DNA of 64,000 bases from Octopus sinensis (Eukaryota): assembly GCF_006345805.1 (NCBI RefSeq), contig NC_043016.1, positions 20,646,001 through 20,710,000 on the forward strand. The letters are read 5' to 3'. This document shows positions 12,357 to 26,339 of the stretch, in pieces. The notes under the pieces were generated by a model that had not been told where the DNA came from, made no database searches, and saw nothing but the letters and a program-made list of their open reading frames with translations. The stretch's first letter is position 1. Every line of letters starts with the position of its first letter. A program made the position numbers and the translations under genes.

Positions 12357-12714
12357 ATATATACACACAGATACGTGTGCCTAAATAATTAAATATATGT
12401 GTTAGTATAAATATATAATCACTGACACACCTTCACCGATAGATATATATATATATATATATGTATATATCTATATGTATACATACTTTCCTTGTGTGTG
12501 CATATATATATACATACATACATTATTTGCGTCTAGGTGATTAAATATGTATGTGTTAGTATATATATGTATATATATATATATATATACACACATAAAG
12601 ATTGGTATATACATAAGCATGCATATAAGTGTACATGTGTAAATGTGTGCGATTATATATATATGTTTACACATACACATAAAATGAGAGAGAGAGAGAG
12701 TCAGTGTGTGTGTG

Positions 12715-12750
<36 letters not shown>

Positions 12751-12944
12751 GTGTGAGCATGAGAATACACAAGTAGACAAGTATGAGTATACAAATAGAT
12801 GCATAGATATACAGATAGACATGACCAAGGAAATCGTTCTGAACTCTTGGCTTTTATGCTATTTTAAACACTTTTATGAGTTTTAAGTTGTAGCATATTA
12901 CTTAATGAAATATAATAAATAGATATATATAGGTATATATATAT

Positions 12945-13004
<60 letters not shown>

Positions 13005-13019
13005 GTATACATATATTAT

Positions 13020-13067
<48 letters not shown>

Positions 13068-15397
13068 TATATATATATATAATTTTAGTTATTTACTCTC
13101 CAAATTCACTGAAATATATCATATTAGCAACACATTGATTAAATAAATTTTCCCATTGTAGTGAGATTTACAACGATCGTGATATAAATCTGGTGTCTTG
13201 ATTTCTGTTATTTATTATTAATTTATTAATTTAAATCTTCAAAAATAAGTTTTGTGATATTTTTTTTTATGTATTGCTGTCTGAACTTGTATGCTTCTCT
13301 TTTCTTTAACTTTTCCTTCATGGAACAGTTTTGATTTTTTTTTTGAGAGCGTCGAATGTATAAACTGAAAGTATTTTCATAATATTCTTTCTGTATTGCA
13401 CAAAGATCAACCGTTTATTTATTTAAAGATTATTGTTGTTGAGATCATATTTACTTACTGCTGGCTTTTTTTGGTTATTTTACAATATTTTATAAAATTA
13501 AACTTCCAAAAAAGAATATCTTAAACACTTTTTTTTATTGTTTGTTTCATTTTTGCTGTTTCCTTAAAGAGGTTTTCGTATATTACATTTTTAATTTGCA
13601 AAGACTTAGGTTCTAAATAAAAGAAAATATTAGATTTCATTTTGTTAATCAAATTTCATGTTCTCTTTATTTTAAGACTTCTTGTGAAGCTTAGCTCTCT
13701 TGTCAAATATCTTCTTGATCTTGTCACATATTTTGATTTAATTCGTTGTTCTTTTAAGAATTAATTTATTTTAAATTTTATCACTCATGTCATCAAAGAA
13801 AAATATTATTATTACTATTGTTATTGTTGTTTACGTAGTCGTCGTCATCGTCGTCAGTATTGTCGTTGTCTGCTCTGAATAGTAACGTTTTTACAGAGCT
13901 CTTTTTAGATATTTTCTTTCAGTATTATCTCACGAAAAGTGTTTCCTTTTATTTCTTTTATCCCGCTTTGGAAAGTAATAACGTCTGCCCCGTTACTTGT
14001 ACTAGAGGAAAGCTGAAATTCGACCATTTTAAGAGCCGTTAGACAATTTTGATATTTGCAATATTTAGATGTTGTAAAATGGCTGCCTAAGAACAGCCAG
14101 GAAGAGTTGCTCGTCACAGAGGTGCTAGTACTGATGCACACAAACACATAACCAAATTATTAATCAACTTTAGAGACAGAGCTTCGTACTTAAAATCACA
14201 CTTTCAATAAAAGACATAAAAAGAAGTGTTGCAAATAAAAAGCAACGACATCACGATCAACAACAGCAAAATTCTGATAATTATTATCGTTATAGAAAAA
14301 AGGAAGGGGTATAGGAAAAAGGGGTGGACGAATCATGTCTCGTTGCCCAACGTTTTATCGAGAAAAGGGAAAGAAGGTGACACAACTGTTAAAAAAAAAA
14401 ATGAAAAGTTTTTATAATTTCTCGAACGGAAAGTTCTTGATTAATGTGAAGCTTGATGAATGTTCTGTGGGCCACGCATATAGAAAGTATGCCTGGTTTT
14501 TAAGATCTTGGGTGAGGGGAGGATGTAAGCTGAGATTGTTCTTTAGACGTCCTCCACAGGCTCGCGCCTGGGTACATGGGTACATGGGTATTAGAAATAC
14601 CAAAAACCAACAGTCAGATATATTTTCATGAATATCCGTTCTTGATTTTACAATTTCTTTTTTGCACAATATTACGGACATATAATGAGTACAAAATACG
14701 GTAGATGGGTGTGGATAACCCTTGCCGGTGAGTAAAAGAGAGGATATAGACAGTCGATCGGGAGACAGAGTGGTTTCTTTAGAAGGTGAGAGGAGATTAA
14801 TAGATGATTAGAGACGGGCGTAAGTTGAATGCAATAAGTAATGAACAAGGATGGAGATGTGGTTAATGAAAAAATAGTAGTATGAGGTGGAGGAGGCGGT
14901 AAAGTGAAAAAGATAGAAATGACTCAAAAGAAAATAAATCAGAAAGTAGGGGCATGATGTGCAGGGTGTAAGAGCAGTGGCGAGGGAGATGTAGAGGTAC
15001 ATCATGTGGGTGGTTATTGTAGGTAGGGTATGATGGCAAATATGAAGGCATTGAAAATAATAGCAGATATGAGAGGAGGACCATGGGAAAGGAGAGTTCA
15101 GCCAGGTTTGATGGTATGCACTCAAATATATGTCTTTTTCTCAATAAGCATTTATAAAGATTTGTTTTCCTTTTTGCTTGGTCTGAAAGGTGTTGTGGCA
15201 TAATATGAGCAACTATTCTCTGTTCTAGTCTGTTGATGCGTTTCTTCGCCTTTTCTAAACGTTCGCACTTTTCGTAGAGTGAGTAAGGTGGAAAACATTG
15301 GGGATTTTCGCAAAACCAAGGTTTCTTACAGTATATCTCTGCTGCTATTATTAATACCATCTATTAATTGCAGAAAAGGAAGGCATGGATTTATATA

Positions 15398-15632
15398 CCT
15401 ATTTCTTTATTACCCACAAGGGGCTAAACATAGAGGGGACAAACCAGGACAGACAAACGGATTACGTCAATTATATCGACTCCAGTGCGTAACTGGTACT
15501 TAATTTATCGACCCCGAAAGGATGAAAGGCAAAGTCGACCTAGGCGGAATTTGAACTCAGAACGTAACGGTAGACAAAATACGGCTACGCATTTCGCCTG
15601 GCGTGCTAACGATTCTGCCAATTCGCCGCCTT
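15398..15632 (-). mobile_element. SINE family A, full length
   Basis: Reverse complement of family A. Probable TSD GGATTTATATACC at 15387-15399 and 15643-15655, with 10 extra nt at the SINE 5' junction. Confidence 0.9.
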
Positions 15633-16545
15633 GATTGTGCAGGGATTTATATACCATCGTTACTACTGCCAAGTCTCTGGATAATTACCTCCCGTTAGCT
15701 GTGTATTCTTTGATGGTATTTTATACCATCTAACAACATTTGTTGTCTCGTGAATTCCTCGTAGCCAAATAAAAAATGAGAATGGATTTTACCACCATTT
15801 TAAATGTGGAGCATTTGGAAATTGCTTGGAACGCATGCAAACTTAGATTATGGACAAATCCACAAATCTCAAACTATTCGTTCTCGCTGTTTGTCACTGC
15901 TGTGTGTGTGTGTGTGTGTGTATGTACCAGCGGTAAATGTTTGAATTATTTAAACGTCTTTAAGAATACTGTACAGTAACTGTTCTGGCGCTCTGCATTC
16001 TGAGTTCAAATACCACTAACATCAAATTTGTCATTCATCTCCCCGGTTTCGATAAAATTGATAATAGCTAAGTATTGGGGCGAGGTATATAACTGACTAA
16101 ACCTTACCTTGAAATTATTTTTTGTTTATATTCTTTTTTCACTTTTTTTAGAGAATATATTAATTCTTTGAATATTTCGTATTTTCTTATTTCTAAAAAA
16201 AATATTTGTTTCACTTAATTCACAATTCAAGCGGACTATGGGAGAATCTTTTTTACAAAGCTGAATTTCTCGGCACTCTCATTCATGCTCATTAATTTTG
16301 TTCATGTTATATTATAGTAAAGGGTGGTAAGCTGACAAAACTGTTAGCCTGTCGGAGAAAATACCTTGCAGCATTTCCAGTTTTCTACTTTCTTATTTCA
16401 AATCCCGTCTATTTCATCTTCGCAGTTTATCTCTCCGATGTTGATGTAACAAAGTATCAGGCAATTAATTGTGTCGCTGTTTCGAGTGACTTTTCCCATA
16501 TTGCTGGCTTTGTTCCTAAATCAGAAAATGCTCTATATTACAGTA

Positions 16546-16901
16546 TCTCTTCTCTCTATATATAAACGGCAGTTTGTCTGTGTTTCTGTGTGTCTGTTAG
16601 GTTGTACCCTCACCCTGACCACAGCTTTCAACCGATTCTGATGAAACTTGACACACACATAGCCCAATATCATAATTCAAAACTAACGCAGCGAAAATTT
16701 TGAAAAGTTCCCCCGTTCTGAAAAAAATCGATAAATTCGACATGGGGTCGAGAATCAGAAACACAAACCACAGACTGTCTAGGGGACGCAACTCGACCTT
16801 TTTAACTAAAAAAAAATTACCATCATTTTTTTTCCATTTTTGAAAAATGCTTTATAGTTATTTCCCTTACAAACCCGAGCAACGCCGGGCGATACTGCTA
16901 G
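16546..16901 (+). mobile_element. Non-autonomous Helitron, HelA-type 3' end
   Basis: A|TCTCTTCTCTCTATATATAAACGG start. CCGATTCTGATGAAACTTG subterminal motif. The terminal 49 nt are identical to those of 956-1486 and end CTAG|T. Confidence 0.85.
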
Positions 16902-17235
16902 TAACAAAATAAAATTGTCTTGCTTTCTTAAAGCAAGTCGCAATTTACTTTCTTTATAGATTTTAAGTTTAATATGGATCCGTTGCATAAGCATATTTAA
17001 CGAACGAAAACAGGAAGTGTGATCATTCAAACTTTTGTAACGGGATCGTTGTTCTAAAAGTAATTTCAAATAGTAATAAAATAGTTATAAAATGTAATTT
17101 GAAATAGTAATAAAACATTCATTCTGGAGAAGAATGAACATTTAACAAAAATATTTATGATAATGATGGCAGCAATAATAATGATGTTTTCTAATATAAG
17201 TATGAAGTCACGGAATCTTGGGGAATAGTTATAAA

Positions 17236-19187
17236 CTGGCAGTACCCATGGAAATTCCACGATAAATACCAAATTTTAGATGGTAGTAAGTTTAAACAGA
17301 GCCATAAGAATTGGAGTTCTGTTATAAATTGTATATTCAGCATTATTTTCACTTAAAAAACATCTTTCAGTTCTTCTGGATAAGGCTGTAATTTAGGGAT
17401 AATGACTTTCCCTTTCTATCAGCAGTTTAGTAGTTCATTTAGAAGTATAAGAACTTCACATTGATTACAGAGAATATTCATATCACCAATGTTGTAATTT
17501 TCCACCATATGTTTACAGTTTTTTTTCGACGTTCTCTCTGATTTTCATTTTCTATTCTAGCTTGGATATATTTCCTTATCCATTGTAAATACTCAGTCTA
17601 TACTCTTTGATTCAAATTTTCTCTTCTACACGCTGATGCACGTGTGCTCGTTCTAGTGAATCGATCCACTGCCTCTCCTTACATCGTTGCCTATATCGTC
17701 TCATTCTTTCTCTTGTTAGCTTACATCGTCTGTCATCCATATTCTATAAACAAATATAAATTTCCAAGCGATCAAACGATAAATAATTGCATTTATGCGC
17801 ATGCGCTCAGTGAAACACGATATAAAAGTTTTAGTTTAATTAAAAAAATATCTACATTTTCACTATCTACTCACCAACGCCATCTCCACCACCATCACCA
17901 CTACCACCACCACCACCACCACCATCATCATCATCACCGCCACCACAACCACCATTTGCACCACCAGCACCATCATTATAGTTTTTTTTGTCTAGATTGT
18001 TTGCCAACCAAGATTATTTTATTTCATTTCAGTTCAGTTGCTTGTATCTACTTTTCTTGCAGTCAATACAAAGTTCGAATAACAAATTAAAAAAAACAAC
18101 AACATCCACACGGTTATTTTGCTTATTATTTCAGTTTCATTGAACAATTTATCTTTTTATCTATGATAAGTTTATCATCATATCAAATGTAAGCCTTTCT
18201 TCTTCTTCCATCCAACCAGCGATGTGTTTGTTAGTATGGATGGATAGATAAATAGATCGACAGTTAGAAGATATAAAAAAAACTGAATATTAAAATGTTA
18301 TTTTCTTGTCAGTCATATTAAAATATGATTTAAAAAATTTCCCTCTGCTAAACGTTTTATATTTCACTCTTTCTTTCTATCTCTTCTTTCAACAAACGTT
18401 TTAATCATGTCATTACTCTCTTTACGTCGTTATCACTTCTCTGTTTCTTTTTCACTTCACCTTCACTAACCAAATGAGAGCTTACTGCATCGGCTGGCAA
18501 TAATGTCACTACTCTCTCTCCCCCATCTCTATTAGCCTTTCTTTAACTGCCTCTACACAAGCATCACTCTTCTCCGAAACATTCTATTTTAGCTCTCTCT
18601 ATATCACTCCCTTAAGTTATCTTTTTAACCACGTAATAACTATTAAATTCCTCTTACTTCGCGTCGTTAACACTTCTCTCTCCTTCCTCTTCTCTCCTCA
18701 GAAACCTGGACGTTATCAAAGAAGCTTGAGAGGCGGTTGGATGGAACTTACACTCGCCTCCTTTTGAGAGCTCAAAATCTCTCGTGGAAGCATCATCCAA
18801 CCAAAATACAAATATATGGGAAATTACCACCTGTATCATCTCTTATGAAAGGTAGAAGAGTCCAGTTTGCTGGACATTGTTGCAGAGCTGGAAACAAGGT
18901 AATTTCTCCTCTTCTCCTCTGGAAGCCATCTGCTCGCGATACCAGAGGTCGCACACTCTCCTACCCTGATGTAATCTCCAGGGATACAGGCATCCAGCAA
19001 CAGGTTCTCCGTAATGCTATGACGGACCGTGAAGTCTGGCGTAGCATAGTAAATTCCATTGTCTCAACCACAGTCGAACAATGATGATGGTGATTTTCTC
19101 TCCTCTTTCTATCTTGCCTTCGTCTTTCTCTTCGAGTAATCCTGTGACATCATGACACATTTCGGCCTTAGCGTATTAATATATAGA
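17236..19187 (-). mobile_element. Non-autonomous Helitron HelB, apparently full length, carrying an RTE insertion
   Basis: 5' TC at 19186-19187 matches 5230. 3' hairpin CCCATGGAAATTCCACG with CCAG (degenerate CTAG) at 17236. The internal CAC/CAT repeat and ATGCGCAT block match 36045-36150. Confidence 0.7.
18700..19095 (+). mobile_element. RTE-clade LINE 3' fragment with TSD
   Basis: Encodes WTLSKKLERRLDGTYTRLL...RRVQFAGHCCRA...DREVWRSIV. (TGA)n tail. TSD TTCTCTCCTC at 18690-18699 and 19096-19105. Confidence 0.88.
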
Positions 19188-19895
19188 TTATAAATTGTTT
19201 TCTGAACAGATGGTCGGAACTGATATTGCACGGAATTTTATTCCAGGCTTTAATGATTTCGATACTAACTTCATCGAATAAGAAAAGCAAAATTTGAATT
19301 CTGAACGCAGATTTACGTAAGTACATACAGCAATGTATCTAGTCCTGTGCTATTGTAACTACAACTTTACTACCTTATTCTGTTGGGTTCTATTGAAACT
19401 TCACTGTCTTATTTTGTTGGGCTCTACTGAAAATTCACTGCATTATTTGGTCTTGTGCTATCTACAACTTTACCGTATTATTTTGTCCTTTGCTACGCTA
19501 ACTTTTGTCTGCAGCTACACCACTTTGTTTAAACATCGTCCAAGTTTAGAAAATATATTTTATAATTTTTATTACATAAAAGCGGTGAATAGGAAAATTT
19601 CGGGTGCTGAAATATAAAAAATTTCAGTCGGAATCTGTGATCTAGACACTAATGAACAATGGTGCTAACTTTAGTATAATGGACCTCTTGTGTAAAACTG
19701 TATTCCATAAATTAACCAACCATAAAAATAGTGATTACAGTTTAACGGCAGAAAAATATAAGTCAATAAATTGAAGATATTTTCAAAGACACCATCACTT
19801 AAAGTGAAATAACTCCAGTTAGAAATCAAAACTTCGATTCGGTAGAACACAGACAACACACGTTACGCTTCGATTTTTGTGTATTAATTTATATA

Positions 19896-19950
<55 letters not shown>

Positions 19951-19959
19951 TAATATATT

Positions 19960-20340
19960 ATATATAATATGAATATTAAATGGAGTTAACGCAGGTTTAA
20001 ACACGTATTTTTACTTTCTACATATTTTTGCTAAAATGTCGTATTGACGAGTTTCGTTTTTTCACTTTCCCGAAGAGAAGATTGCATTGTTTATACCTTT
20101 TATTCTTTTGAATAGTATCAGTGGAATTTTCGAAACATATGTAGAAAGTAAAAATACTTGTCTAAACCTGCGTTAACTCCATTTTTTATTCATATTATTC
20201 AAAATATTCAACGTAAACACGAAGTTTCAACCTTTATAAACAAGGAGTTACAACATCTTTACTTGTGAGATTTTTGCTGCCCTGGTAACTATTTATTTAT
20301 TTATCCGTGTTAATTGTTAACTAGGTAAAATACACTCATC
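19960..20340. repeat. Interspersed repeat with internal inverted duplication; an unrearranged copy is at 25130-25262
   Basis: AAATGGAGTTAACGCAGGTTTAAAC...TTTCTACATAT (19964-20022) is inverted at 20133-20197. It then resumes GATTTTTGCTGCCCTGGTAA as in the 25130 copy. Confidence 0.75.
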
Positions 20341-20894
20341 TATTTATAATACTATATATATATATATATATTAATATATATATATATAATAACTTTTTTA
20401 CTTGTTTAATTCTTACTATTATGGACTATCTGATGAAGCTTTGGGGTTCATTTATTGTCCAACGTCTATCCAATTTTTGTTCAACCTTTGTACAATCTCT
20501 GTATAATATTGGTATGATGTGTCAACCATGCTAGACCCCAAAGTGGAAGCAGCTGTAAGAGTAAAGTTTATTCACTCATTTATTCTTATTTATATATTTA
20601 TTTGTTTATTTATTTGTTTATTTATTTATTCATTCATTCATATGATTGTAATTAATAAATAGATCTAACTGATGTTTATAAGCTGATGTTTGTCAACTAA
20701 TTATCTTCTCCATTTTCTTCCTTGCCTTATAAATTCTGGATAAACATTTGTTTACCTCCACTCATAACTATTATTCAATTGCGCTATTGCCTACAACAGT
20801 AAGCATTTGGATATACATATATAGGTATAATCCAGTAGTATATTGGATATTTATTATCCCTCAGATGGTTGTTTAACCTCTAACTTATACAGAC

Positions 20895-20963
<69 letters not shown>

Positions 20964-20994
20964 ATATATATCTATATATAATATTGTTGAATTA

Positions 20995-21248
20995 TAGTAA
21001 ATATTGTTTGCTAACAGAACATGACAGTCCTGGTTTAGGACTAATGTTGCTGTAATTTAGCCCCAGGAGACATTGTCTCCAGCTGGCTGTACGACATGAT
21101 ATGTACCCTTATATTTTCGAACAAGGAAATATAAGGACGCAGATCGTGTCGTATAGCCAGCTGGAGACGATGTCTCCTGGGGCTAAATTACAGCAACATT
21201 AGTCCTAAACCAGGACTGCCATGTTATATTGGCAAACAATCTTTACTA
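20995..21248. mobile_element. 254-bp near-perfect palindrome (MITE/foldback-like)
   Basis: The arms share CAGTCCTGGTTTAGGACTAATGTTGCTGTAATTTAGCCCCAGGAGACA and its reverse complement. Central spacer ~7 nt. Confidence 0.85.
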
Positions 21249-21522
21249 CAAAGTACTGCTGCTGAATATTTGATGTGGTGAGATTTTAAAAATAGTAACT
21301 TTCTAATGAATTATGTTCCACCCACAGTATTGATAAAGGTCTTACGAAAAGTCAAATAAATATAAACGATGGTTGGGTTTTGATCCTTACGGTTCAGAGT
21401 TCTATCACAGTTTTATTAGTATTTATTATTTCTTCATGTGGTCGGTAAAATTGGTAATAGTAGTATTCTGGAATAAATCTAATTCTCCAAATTTTTTTTT
21501 CAACTAATACTGATATCTAGTA

Positions 21523-21710
21523 AGGCGGCGGGCTGGCAGAATCTTTAACACGCCGGACAAATTACTTAGCGGCATTTCGTTCGTCTTTGCGTTTTGTGCT
21601 CAAATTCAACCGAGATCAACTTTGCCTTTCATCCAGTTGAGCATTGGGGTCGATGAAATCGACTTACCCCTCCCCCGTAACTGTTGGCCTTTGCCAAAAT
21701 TTGAAACCAA
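21523..21710 (+). mobile_element. Diverged SINE A-related copy with internal deletion
   Basis: TAAGGCGGCGGGCTGGCAGAATC head, CTTTGCCTTTCATCC, and TGGGGTCGATGAAATCGACTTA. Confidence 0.75.
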
Positions 21711-23059
21711 TATTGATATATTGTATTAGCTCCAAACTATATGTACGTGACTGTTATTTAACTATTGATTTAAGAAAGATACACTAGAACGTCGTATTCA
21801 CTGTCGTATTACTATTGCTTCAGTTCATATGCGACACTTAACTTTGTAAATTCAATTGTTTTAAAAATTTATAACTATTAGGTAATTTTTACTGTCTGAC
21901 TTCTAGAATATATTTCTGAAATGGGATAACAAACAGAGCAGTATATGCAATTAATTAACAACGTATATGTGCAATTTGAATATCCTTTGAATTTATTGTA
22001 AATCAAATAAGATATTAGCGGAGAAAGAAAGAGAAAATTTTGATACAACTTTATATTCAGTATAATTTCTTTTGAAAACTTAGATGTAAAAACCTACGTA
22101 ATTCTGAATATTGTACTATATTTCATTAATGTGGTTACTACCCACGCAACTCTGTATGTTAGGGTATTTAAATGATAGTTTGCCAACAAAACTCTCTACA
22201 AGTTGATATTGAAAGGTAAAAAACTCTGTACAAGGAAATTCGTGTTTTATTGATTTAATATAATTTAGGAATTTGGATGTGTTCAACTGCAAAATGAGAT
22301 AGACTGTATCCAGACTGTAAGGTGTTTTGTGTACCATCTCTGAAAGAAATGATGTTAAAATGTTAAAGATGTGTAATTGTGCCGGAGATTGTGCCGAAAA
22401 AAAAATAATTAAGATATATTCTTTTGTAAAAAGAAGCTTAATTTCTGGTCATACGATGCGAAGTAATAAAACTTATTAATAGAAAATCGACATTGCTGTG
22501 TCGAAATACTTTTCAAAAAACATTTTTTCGTTGTTATAGTGTTATCACTTTCCTCTTTAAACATATTATAAATACATAATCTGAAAAAAAACACAAATAT
22601 ATTTCTTTACCAAGATATGACTCATATATATATATATATATATACATATATATAATATATATTATATATATATATAGACACACACATAAGAGAAGAAAAT
22701 GGATATAATAACAATGGGAAACTTGTGGTATACGCTGCATGTCTTTAATTAAATAGGTAACAAAGAAGTAAGAAGTAGAGATGAGAGTGTGATTTACGAT
22801 CGTTTCGATTTGCTGGAGTAGTAAAATCTCTTCAGAATGCGAGTTTAGATAGATGCACTGGCCTGTGTTAGAATCTGTAATACGAGATGCACACGTGAGA
22901 AAAAATGTGCTTAATTAAACGAGGTAATCCGCACCTAAATAATACTCACCCTGCCCTAATTACCCAACGAAACTAACCAATCTACCACAAGCAAACCTAT
23001 ATCCAGTGAATTCACCAGTGCAAGAGCAAAATTTCAATGTAAGAATTACCACTTTGTTT

Positions 23060-24167
23060 ACATTACCATCACATATGTATCAATCATTCTTGTAGTAATG
23101 ATGGTGGAGGATATCGACTCCTTACTTGTTTTTCTAAAATGCACCATAAATGTTCAATAATATTGAAGTCTTGGGAGTGTGGTGGCCAGATAAGATGTTC
23201 AGCTTCACTAGAATGTTCCTCATGCTATTCAGTAACAACTTTAGCTGTGTGAATTGGTGCATTATCATCCTGAAAGATTGCGTTTCCCTCCGGAAACAGT
23301 TCCGCAACCATAGGATGAATTTGATCAGATAAAATGCTTAAACAGTCTTGACTATTAATTCTGCCATGAAAGGAAAGAATTAGGTCGGATGATTTCTAAG
23401 ATGTAGCCCCCCCCCTATCATCACAGATCCTTTTCCATGTTTAACAGTTGGAAGCTGGTTCAAATGCTTCTTTTGGTTGTCTCCACACGTATACTTGGTC
23501 GGTGGTCGGAAATAAGATAAAAGATGACTCGTCCGAGAAAATAACATTCTTCCACTGCACAAGGGACCAATTTTGTAGGTTTTTACTCCACTCTAAACGC
23601 TTTGCAACGTTTGTTTTTGAAAGTATTAGTTTTCTGATTGCAGCCCTCTCGTGAAATCCGGATTTGTGCAGCTCCCGGCGAATATTTTTTTTGTGGAAAC
23701 TGGTTTCTCGTGGTGGTAGTTAAGCTCTGCAGTAATTTTGGGGTCTGTACTTTTATGATCTTTTCTAACAATTCGCGTTAGAATCTTACGGCCCCTATCC
23801 GAAAGTTTTGGTTTTCTTCCGGAGTTTTGTTTAGACGAGGAGATTTTTCCCTGTTTCTCAAAGACTGTCATTACAGTACTTCTTGACACACCAAACATTT
23901 CGGCTGTTTTCGTTACGCTAGAGCCTGACATATGAGCACCAACAATTTGATCATTTGAAAGTCCGATAGATCTGTCATTTTAATGAACTTTAATTACATT
24001 TTTCTGAGGATATCTGAAAAGAAGCAGCAATTTTAGCAAACATATTAAGCAACACTAATAATAAATCAAAAGACATAAAAATAAACAAGCTTTTGACGGT
24101 TTTATTGATATTTCAAAATTATGATGCTATGATGCTAGATGTTTCTATTATTTTGTCCACACCCCTG
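23060..24167 (-). mobile_element. Tc1-like DNA transposon, decayed, one TIR retained
   Basis: HTH region SVTKTAEMFGVSRSTV...GRKPKLSDR (23626-23931), TVKHGKGSVM, and WPPHSQDFNIIEHLW near 23140-23200. TIR CAGGGGTGTGGACAAAATAATAGAAACA ends at 24167, followed by TA. Confidence 0.9.
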
Positions 24168-24173
24168 TATATA

Positions 24174-24253
<80 letters not shown>

Positions 24254-25066
24254 TCTTTTATTTTATTTGTTTCAGTCGTCGTTTGACTTTTGTCATTTTC
24301 CTATGTTCCTGCCTTTAAGCTTTCACTTCATACACTCCAGCTCAATTTGATTAGTTCTCAGTCGAAAGACACTTGCTGTTATATTTTTGTTATTCTTTTT
24401 TGTAATTGTGTACCATGTGCTCCAATTTTTGTCTTTGTTGCCGTACACATTTGTTAGATTTCTTACAAAAAATCTAATGCTCTTAATTTAGACTTTCTTG
24501 GGGGCAACCAGATCTAACTCCCTGAAGTATAACTGCCCGAAACAGTAAGGACTTCTGGTAACTTGACTGAGAAAAGAAGGCCACGAATGACTCGTTTTTT
24601 TCCCCTGTCCTTCTAATTGTTGTTTCTCTTGTCAGCCTTTGTATCGTCTATCTGTCCGAAAGTTTTATTGTCCTCTATTGCGTTTTTGTTCCATTTTATA
24701 CTGAGTAAACGGCTGCAAACCATTCTCGATTTGCAGTCGTTTACTCAACGCGAGAGAACTGAACACCTTCAAATAATTTTTAATTTAATAAATTTTCTGA
24801 GAGCCTGAATTGAAACTGCTGTAAAGGATGTTTGTCAGTTTTTTTAATTAATTAATAAGTAATAATTTATTAATTATTCTTCTATTCTATCATATTATTA
24901 TAATAAATATATATATAAATATATAAACCACGTTTATATAGTTACCTTGCATTTGAGTATCAAATGTATGTTCAATACTCTTTATACAGGTAATTAACCA
25001 GTACATTCATAGGATTTTGCTATCCCTGAATGAGGCTTGTAACCTTTGATTGTGTGTGTGTGTATA

Positions 25067-25120
<54 letters not shown>

Positions 25121-25129
25121 ATATATATA

Positions 25130-25255
25130 TAGGAATAAAAAATGGAGTCAACGCAGGTTTAAACAAGTATTTTTTCTTTCTACATATGATTTTTGCTGCC
25201 CTGGTAAACTATTCATTCATTTATCCGTGTTAATTGTTAACAAGGTAATACACTC

Positions 25256-25262
<7 letters not shown>
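25130..25262 (+). repeat. Interspersed repeat, same family as 19960-20340
   Basis: Direct similarity over ~130 bp. Flanked by (TA)n on both sides. Confidence 0.7.
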
Positions 25263-25323
<61 letters not shown>

Positions 25324-25689
25324 ATATATATTGTAAATAAAAAAAGAAAAGCCTTTTATGAAAGGTAACGACAGTTATATACATTTAGATGGACTGAGGT
25401 CGTAATAAAAGTAATAAGAGTCATAAAAGTCATTATTATGGGATTATTAAAGAGATTCCAGCATACCGCGGATTCGTCAGATACTATTCATTGCTTTGAA
25501 TGAACACCGGCTAATGAACGGTGTCAGGTCTAATAATTCCCGAGTAAAAAGATTATTTGTACGGGAGGTAAGTAGTTCTGGATTTTGTGCAGTTTGGTTA
25601 GATATAGAATTGTAATTTGAATGGTGTAAGGGATGTATGGGGGTTAGTGGTATTAATTGAAGGGTTAGTAGTGTTCTGTATGATGTTAT

Positions 25690-26040
25690 GTGTTCATATT
25701 TTGTTGGGGAAGATATTTATTGATGAAAATTGCCTGTTTATTCAATTTTTGTTGCATTGAGGTGTTCTGTGAACATTGATAGAAGGAGAAAATTTGGAAA
25801 TTAGAATTAAGATTCCTAGCAGACCTTTCTATGTGTCCACTAACCTGTAACTCTGTATTGTGGGTGGTGGATTTGTTCTTTGTAGATAGTGGTTCTTCGA
25901 CGGAGGAATATCCCTGTTTGTCTAATATAGTGGTTACCACATCCAAAGCATGTCATGGCATAGATTAGATTTCACGAGGCACAGGTGAAATTTGATTTGA
26001 TCTTAAATATTTCACCTTGTTTGAAGTGGAGTAAGTGTAT
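25690..26040 (-). mobile_element. Penelope-like GIY-YIG endonuclease fragment
   Basis: Minus strand FKIKSNFTCAS*NLIYAMTCFGCGNHYIRQTG and VSGHIERS...FQIFSFYQC...FINKYLPQQN. Confidence 0.75.
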
Positions 26041-26339
26041 GCGAATTTGTTGGAACCAAGAGTTCACTCGATGCTCAGAAGTCTTGGAATTGCTGTGAAG
26101 GAGACAAAAGATGCTGCTGCCAGAAAGACAGAAAGTACAATGAGTTGGTTAAACTCTGTGAAGACAATGGATGGAATCAATACGCCTTCCTGTAGAAATA
26201 GGTGTTAGCGGATTTATTGGAACCAAGAATTCATTCGATGCTCAGAAGTCTTGGACTTGCTGTGAAGGAGACAAATGATGATGCTGCTGAGAAAACAAGC
26301 AAATACATATGGATCAACGGAAAGAACGAGTAGTGCAAC

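Noticed and set aside
13100-15300. Possible decayed Penelope N-terminal region on the minus strand
   Set aside because: Only vague motifs (e.g. NNLSLHPPLT) and no RT signature; not supportable.
17644-18090. 148-aa ORF with a poly-His tract
   Set aside because: It is a CAC/CAT microsatellite inside the HelB Helitron; the same tract is at 36045-36090 on the other strand.
24520-24550. Hammerhead-like CTGAAG...CCCGAAACAGTAAGG
   Set aside because: The core lacks A9, and stems I and II do not pair in this copy.
26054-26290. ~70-bp direct repeat (26054-26125 and 26219-26290) as an LTR pair
   Set aside because: No TG..CA ends, PBS or PPT; more likely a local duplication between the PLE and mariner relics.
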